Shown: one piece after another, positions 58,431 to 64,000 of the stretch
Layout of the letters: each line of letters begins with the position of its first letter
Position numbering within the stretch: position 1 is the first letter of the stretch
From: an uncultured Ruficoccus sp.
GTDB taxonomy: Bacteria > Verrucomicrobiota > Verrucomicrobiia > Opitutales > Cerasicoccaceae
Direction of reading: 5' to 3'
DNA length: 64,000 nt
Assembly (NCBI GenBank): GCA_965140785.1
Contig: OZ223497.1
Coordinates: forward strand, 32,001 to 96,000
Program-made: the position numbers and the translations under genes
The notes under the pieces: model-generated
Told to the model about the DNA's origin: nothing
Databases searched by the model: none
Seen by the model: only the letters and a program-made list of their open reading frames with translations

Positions 58431-60164
58431 ATGACAATATCCCCCCTCTATATCATGCTTGCAGCGCTTACGTTAAGCGCTTGCAAAGAGAATAAATCAA
58501 TGGCCCTTGAGCCGGCTGTGACAGATTCTAACGTTAGCCTGCGACAGGCCATGGCAGTTGACGGCAACACGCTCTGGCAAGAGTATGTGCAAGCTCCGGA
58601 TACGCATCCCAATATTCCGAACTGCTCCTATGCGGGCTATCATTATGGCGAGGATCCGATTCCTGTCATCGAAGGCCCGGTGTATGATGTCAGGGATTTC
58701 GGGGCACAGGGAGATGGTGCCGCGGATGACACTCAGGCGATCCGTGATGCCCTGGCGGCCGTGGGGGATGATGGCGGTGTTGTCTATCTTCCGGATGGGG
58801 AATACCTGGTAAGCGGTGTTTTGTTTATACACAAGGACAAGACCGTCTTGAGAGGTGAGAGTGAGGACGGTACCATTATACGCTTTACGAAACCTCTCAA
58901 CGAAGCCTACCGACTGGCCAACTATCCGTCTAGTATTCCAACGGGCTACGCCACGAAGTGGAACTACTCTGGTGGCTTAGTTTGGGTCACGCCCGAGTCT
59001 CGGGGTAACACCTACCTGCCTGAGGGGACAGACCCGACAGGTGAGGCATCCGCGCTGCCCGATATCAAGACTGGCTGGCACTCACAGGCGCCCGCAGCGA
59101 TAATCGCCGAAAAAGCCGAGCGTGGCGATCGCGTCCTGCACCTTCGGTCTTCTGTTCCGTCGTGGAAGCCCGGCGATATCGTAATCTTGATTCAGAAGGA
59201 CCCTGGCGACTATTCATTTCTAAACGACCTGTGTGGGGGCGGGGAGTGGGCTGCCCAATACGACTGGACGCAGAAGAATGGGGCTGGCTGGGCCAACCCC
59301 GGCGCACTGATGTGGCCAGTAGAGCTAAAGGCTGTTGATTGGACGAACAACACGGTTACGTTGAGGCAGCCTTTGCGTTTCGATGTGGATACGGCCTGGA
59401 AGGCGAAACTGGTTTCCCTGGCCAAGCCAATCTCTGAGTGCGGGATTGAGAGCCTTACGTTGATTTGCGAACGAGATTATCAGTGGACGGTAGAGAAAAA
59501 TCACCACATCGATGTGGGCTGGAACCCCGTCTACTTTAACAACGCCGTTAATTGCTGGCTCACAGACGTGACCATGGTCGATGTCGAGAATGGCCTGAAC
59601 GTCGAATCTTCCAAGTGCCTGACTCTGCAGGATTTTACAATTATAGCTAGCAGTCCTGAGTTGATGACGCACCATCATGGGACGACGGCGCGGGGACGAA
59701 GCGCGGATATCCTCTTCAGCGATTTTGACATCGAGAGCCAGCCGATGCACGGGATTAACGTAGAGGGCTTTACCTGCGGCGTGGTATGGATGCGTGGCGT
59801 ACTGGAGCATGGTATTTTCGATACCCATCGGCAGATGCCCTTCGAGAATATGAAGACAGATGTCACACTCGTTAACAACGATGGCGCACGCGGTGGCATG
59901 GGTGGGCCCCTGATGGGAGCTAGATGTGTAAACTGGAATGTTACTATCGAATCCGGCAATCCGTACATCGCCGGGTGGGCAAATATACGTCCGCATGGGG
60001 CTTTGGTCGGCCTCCAGGGGGTACAGCCGGTGTGGGACGCATACGCGAGTATTACGCCGACCGGTGAGGTTTCGGAGTGCCGGGTAGAGGACCTTGGTGT
60101 CGTGCCTGAACCCGAGAATCTCTACGAGGCACAGCTCGCTCTGAGGCTTGCGACTGAACAGTAG
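58431..60164 (+). CDS. Lipoprotein with pectate-lyase-like parallel beta-helix
   Basis: LSAC lipobox; SYAGY, YDVRDFGAQGDGAADDTQAI, VYLPDGEY, LYEAQL. Confidence 0.8.
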   Translation: MTISPLYIMLAALTLSACKENKSMALEPAVTDSNVSLRQAMAVDGNTLWQEYVQAPDTHPNIPNCSYAGYHYGEDPIPVIEGPVYDVRDFGAQGDGAADDTQAIRDALAAVGDDGGVVYLPDGEYLVSGVLFIHKDKTVLRGESEDGTIIRFTKPLNEAYRLANYPSSIPTGYATKWNYSGGLVWVTPESRGNTYLPEGTDPTGEASALPDIKTGWHSQAPAAIIAEKAERGDRVLHLRSSVPSWKPGDIVILIQKDPGDYSFLNDLCGGGEWAAQYDWTQKNGAGWANPGALMWPVELKAVDWTNNTVTLRQPLRFDVDTAWKAKLVSLAKPISECGIESLTLICERDYQWTVEKNHHIDVGWNPVYFNNAVNCWLTDVTMVDVENGLNVESSKCLTLQDFTIIASSPELMTHHHGTTARGRSADILFSDFDIESQPMHGINVEGFTCGVVWMRGVLEHGIFDTHRQMPFENMKTDVTLVNNDGARGGMGGPLMGARCVNWNVTIESGNPYIAGWANIRPHGALVGLQGVQPVWDAYASITPTGEVSECRVEDLGVVPEPENLYEAQLALRLATEQ

Positions 60165-60209
60165 CCGTAACGAAACTTTAACTACATTTGTAAAAACTGA
60201 ATTAAGAGC

Positions 60210-61259
60210 ATGAAATCAGGAGATACCATTGACTTAGCCTATCGGAGTATCCGTAAGCATTATGAACTAAAGGGAAGTTTTGACCTGTACCAGGGGATTG
60301 TGAGTCTCTACGGCTTGGCCAGGCTGGTCGTGGATGCCGGAGCAGACCAGTATCTTGATGAGTTGAAGCGCGAACTCATGCCTTATGTGCGTGATGAGCG
60401 TCGTTTCAAATCAAACTTCCCCAACTACTTTTGCGGAGGTGTGGCGACTCCTTACTTGCTGTGGAAGGGCTTGCTCCCCGAAGCAGAGGGTATTGTGCGT
60501 CATTATGCCGAGGAGGTTATGAATGATGCGCCACGTGACCCGGCTGGAATTCTGTGCCATCCTCGCCACCCCGGTGAGTCCCGTATCTGGGTGGATGTCG
60601 CCTTCGCTGTTGGTCCGTTCATGCTGTTTGCCGGCTTGGCTCTCAACGATGAGCGATACCTGTCCGAGTCTTATGCCCAGACCGCTAAGATGTACAAGGT
60701 CTTAAGAGATCCTGAAAATGGCCTCATGCACCAGTCCCGAGGGTTCCGGGGGGCAGATTTTATTTCGGAGGATCACTGGAGCCGTGGTAACGGTTGGATG
60801 GCATTCGCTCTGACCGAACTGCTCCATTACCTGCCCGAGGATCATCCCGACCGAGAAGCCGCTGTTGCGCTTTATCTGGAGCACACGCTGGCCTGTGCTC
60901 AGTACCAAGGAGACGATGGTATGTGGAGACAGGAAATGACCGAAGTTCATCTATCCTACGTCGAGACCTCTGGGACGGCGCTGCTGCTATATGCTCAGGG
61001 GGTTGGCGTCGAGATGGGTGTCTTGGACAGTTCGTATCGCGAGCGTTTTGAAAGGGGAGTACGTAGCTTTCTGCGGTACGTATCTGACGATCTGGATGTT
61101 TATCACACCTGCTACGGTTGTCTGTGCCCAGGAGAAGGCACCAAGCTGGACTACATGGCCCACCGCACTGTTGTGAATGATGATCACGCCTTTGGACCAT
61201 TGGCGATGCTGATGGGGCAGGCGAGTGTACTGGGGATGTCCCACGTCACTGTTCAATGA
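60210..61259 (+). CDS. GH88/GH105 unsaturated uronyl hydrolase
   Basis: IWVD, WSRGNGW, GMWRQ, ETSGTA. Confidence 0.85.
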   Translation: MKSGDTIDLAYRSIRKHYELKGSFDLYQGIVSLYGLARLVVDAGADQYLDELKRELMPYVRDERRFKSNFPNYFCGGVATPYLLWKGLLPEAEGIVRHYAEEVMNDAPRDPAGILCHPRHPGESRIWVDVAFAVGPFMLFAGLALNDERYLSESYAQTAKMYKVLRDPENGLMHQSRGFRGADFISEDHWSRGNGWMAFALTELLHYLPEDHPDREAAVALYLEHTLACAQYQGDDGMWRQEMTEVHLSYVETSGTALLLYAQGVGVEMGVLDSSYRERFERGVRSFLRYVSDDLDVYHTCYGCLCPGEGTKLDYMAHRTVVNDDHAFGPLAMLMGQASVLGMSHVTVQ

Positions 61260-61307
61260 ACCAGTTGGCTCAGAGCTTACGAAAACACATTACATTTCTC
61301 ACATATC

Positions 61308-63170
61308 ATGAAGACACTCAATTCAGAGCAATCGCATCCATCATCTCTCGGCTCTACACATATCGGCGGAGGCGTTGCCGAGCGGCTGGAGCGTTTTGCC
61401 TACGAGCGAATTACCTCGGAAGTTGCCCACACGGTGGTCTTCCACGAAGCAGAGGACGCATTCCGAAACCAGTTAGATGACAGTTCCGGTATTTACGGGA
61501 TCTGGCAGGGTGAGTTCTGGGGCAAGTGGGTGATCGGTGCCGTACGCTACTGCGAGTATAGTGCAGACGAGGAGCTGAAGGACTTTATCCGCCGTAGTGT
61601 CGATACCTTGATCGGCATGCAAGAGCCCTCGGGCTACATCGGAACCTACCGCGATCCGATGAACGTCTTTGCGGCAGACACGAAACGGAGCGAACCCATC
61701 ATGGGGTGGGCCTGCGACTGGAACTGGAACATCTGGTGCCGCAAGTACACGCTGTGGGGGCTTATCGAGGCGCATCGTTTGCTCGGGGATGAACATATCC
61801 TGCAGGCGGCTGAGAAGTTGGCCCTGCACCTGATCCACTCGCTCCATGAGCGGGACATCCGGCTTGGCTCGACGGGGACGTTTGAGGGTATTCCGAGCGG
61901 CTCCATTCTTAAGCCGATGGTGCTGCTTTACCGGGTGACCCAAAAAGAAACGTATCTGAACTTTGCCCGTGAGATTGCCGAGGACTGGAAGAGAGAGGAT
62001 GGTCAGAGCCCGAATCTGATCACCAATGCGCTCTCGATGAAGCCCGTGCACAAGTGGTATCCGGAACCCGAAAAGTGGGCCAAAGCTTACGAGCTTATGT
62101 CCTGCTTTGATGGTATTATCGAGCTGTACCGCGTCACTGGTGAGAGCGAGTTGCTTGAGAGTGCGATCTGTTTTCACGCGCTGCTGAAGCGCTACGAATA
62201 TAACGCGGTGCTATCCGTTGGCTTCAACGACATGTTCAACAATGCCTCCTCTCAGGTCAGCGCGATCAGTGAGCCGTGCGACGTAATCCACTGGATGCGC
62301 CTGTGCGGCGAGCTGTATCTGGAGACCGGTAACTACGCCTATCTCGATGATTTTGAGTTGGCCTTTTATAATCCGTTTCTGGCTGGGGTCTGCCAGGATG
62401 GGAAATGGGGGGCTCGTGGTGTCCGCAGTCACAGCCGTCACTTTTATGTGTTCGAGCAGGCGGGCATGAAGCACAACCATTGTTGCGTTAATAATGTTCC
62501 GCGCGGGTTCCTGAACTTTGTGCAGTTGGCAGCAACTGCCAACGAACACGGAGTCTCGGTGAACTTCTACTCGCCTTTCGAAACCACACTCGTGCACAGT
62601 GGTGGACAGGTCAAACTCTCGGTCAGCGGCGACTACCTCGGTAACGGTGAGGTAAAAGTCGTGTGGGAGTCCAACATCGATGAAGATGTTAACCTGCGCC
62701 TGCGCATCCCTGGTTGGGCGACGGGAGCAAGCATCGATCGTTCGGATGCTTCGAAGCATGTCGGCTGGTTTGAGCTGCCGCTCAGATCCGGCAAATCTCA
62801 GGCCACGTTGTCGTTTGACCGAGGCTTGAAGATTACCCGGTACGATGCCCCGTACGAGATCCCTGAGTGGTATCAGGTGCGCTGGCATGAAGAGTTCTTT
62901 CGCACAGAAGCCGGTTGTACCCTTCAGTACGGGCCACTCCTGCTCGCCCGCAGTAAACTGCTTGGAAATTCGGAGGAGGAAATCTTCGGCCCACCGTTGC
63001 CTACTGACTTTACCTGTTCACTGACACAGGTCCCATCCGATGCCGTCGCCTTCGCCTATAAAGCGGAGATTAAAAACGGCGAACGCCGCCTGCAGACCAA
63101 ACTCTGTGACTACGCCTCTGCCGGAAACTTCATCAGCGAGGATCAGAAACTCTTCAGCATCTTTATCTGA
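61308..63170 (+). CDS. GH127/GH146-like glycoside hydrolase
   Basis: WQGEFWGKW, KAYE, EPC, CC, LRLRIPGW, YGPLLLA. Confidence 0.82.
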   Translation: MKTLNSEQSHPSSLGSTHIGGGVAERLERFAYERITSEVAHTVVFHEAEDAFRNQLDDSSGIYGIWQGEFWGKWVIGAVRYCEYSADEELKDFIRRSVDTLIGMQEPSGYIGTYRDPMNVFAADTKRSEPIMGWACDWNWNIWCRKYTLWGLIEAHRLLGDEHILQAAEKLALHLIHSLHERDIRLGSTGTFEGIPSGSILKPMVLLYRVTQKETYLNFAREIAEDWKREDGQSPNLITNALSMKPVHKWYPEPEKWAKAYELMSCFDGIIELYRVTGESELLESAICFHALLKRYEYNAVLSVGFNDMFNNASSQVSAISEPCDVIHWMRLCGELYLETGNYAYLDDFELAFYNPFLAGVCQDGKWGARGVRSHSRHFYVFEQAGMKHNHCCVNNVPRGFLNFVQLAATANEHGVSVNFYSPFETTLVHSGGQVKLSVSGDYLGNGEVKVVWESNIDEDVNLRLRIPGWATGASIDRSDASKHVGWFELPLRSGKSQATLSFDRGLKITRYDAPYEIPEWYQVRWHEEFFRTEAGCTLQYGPLLLARSKLLGNSEEEIFGPPLPTDFTCSLTQVPSDAVAFAYKAEIKNGERRLQTKLCDYASAGNFISEDQKLFSIFI

Positions 63171-63208
63171 ACCACTACACTGGGTAATACAATTACCCGC
63201 ACGTTGGC

Positions 63209-63532
63209 ATGAAAGCACACGATACTACGTCCGCCATTACCAATCATCTTAGTCTTAACTCCCGCTTACTGGGCTGTTGGCTGGGGAAATCGATCGGGGG
63301 GACGTTTGGGCTGCCTGCCGAAGGAAAAATGGAACGGCTTAACTACACATTTTACGATCCAGTGCCAACGATTGCTCCTCCCAATGACGACCTCGAACTG
63401 CAACTGGTCTGGCTGCACCTGGTCGAGCAGAACAAAAGCGGCGAGTTGACGGCTCAGGACTTTGCCAAGGCCTGGATCGAAAACATTCACTACATGTGGG
63501 ACGAGTATGGCAAGCATAGCGTGGTTTCGTGA
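63209..63532 (+). pseudogene. 3'-truncated ADP-ribosylglycohydrolase-family gene
   Basis: GCWLGKSIGGTFG, PNDDL, DEYG, then runs directly into the repeated module at 63514. Confidence 0.8.
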
Positions 63533-64000
63533 TGAACCGCTGAGTCTTATGGTTTATCTGTACGGTATATTGTTCTATGTCCGTTTTTCATCATCGCCGA
63601 TTTTCTCGGCCTGAGGTTTTGGCTTCGATCCGACCTGAATTGCTGCGGCGTTATCAGTCCTATTTTCATGGCGGTGGATTCGATGTGGATTGTCTGAATC
63701 ATCGGGTAGGACCAGTTGAGTTGGCGCATCTGTCGGACGTACTGATGACGACAGAGTCGGGCATTCCTCCAGAGGTAGCGAATGCCCTCTACGCTGTCCA
63801 CGAAGTGGCAGTAGAAGAGAACACGGAGCTCTTGGAAATGCTCGCGTCCTCGGAGGAGGTGCCGCTTGAGCCGGACTCGACGTTGCTGGAGCTTGCGCTC
63901 AGCCTGTGGATGACTGCGCCGAAGGCGCTCAAGTGGATTCACCAGCATTAGTCCTGCAAGCGTAAGCGCTCTTTCGAGTATTTCAGTACGGCGGGAGATA
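63514..64000 (+). pseudogene. Copy 2 of module left end with degenerate gene A (runs off the window)
   Basis: Near-identical to 39432-39930; 12-nt deletion (FLTP) and CAG to TAG at 63949-63951. Confidence 0.88.

Noticed and set aside
1..64000. CRISPR array
   Set aside because: No regularly spaced 23-47 nt repeats with unique spacers and no cas genes; the tandem repeats have a 7-9 nt period

Overview
GC-rich bacterial chromosome segment, most likely Verrucomicrobiota (Opitutales/Puniceicoccaceae-like). This is inferred from the PEP-CTERM proteins, a prepilin/H-X9-DG protein and the general gene content. Bases 1-36.3 kb are core genome: a glucosylglycerate/mannosylglucosylglycerate compatible-solute cluster, cysC-cysD-cysN, a fused oxoprolinase/hydantoinase, an HDAC-family protein, a CPA2 antiporter, ppk2, a membrane pyrophosphatase, dgkA, lipA/lipB, mgtE, an LpxR-like protein and tRNA-Ser(CGA). 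Many intergenic gaps there carry inverted pairs of short-period (7-9 nt) tandem repeats, some bracketing small inserted genes, as well as MITE/REP-like hairpins. Downstream of the tRNA lies a mosaic, decaying accessory island (36.4-64 kb). It contains sugar-catabolism genes, a transposase-less three-gene module that recurs as partial copies and truncates a neighbouring gene, a metE/metR pair, a PEP-CTERM gene with a strongly base-paired leader, an integrase-core IS, and a lower-GC polysaccharide-utilisation locus. Apparent single-base frameshifts occur in a GT4 gene, in cysN and in one module gene. All product calls come from motif recognition only; no database searches were run.
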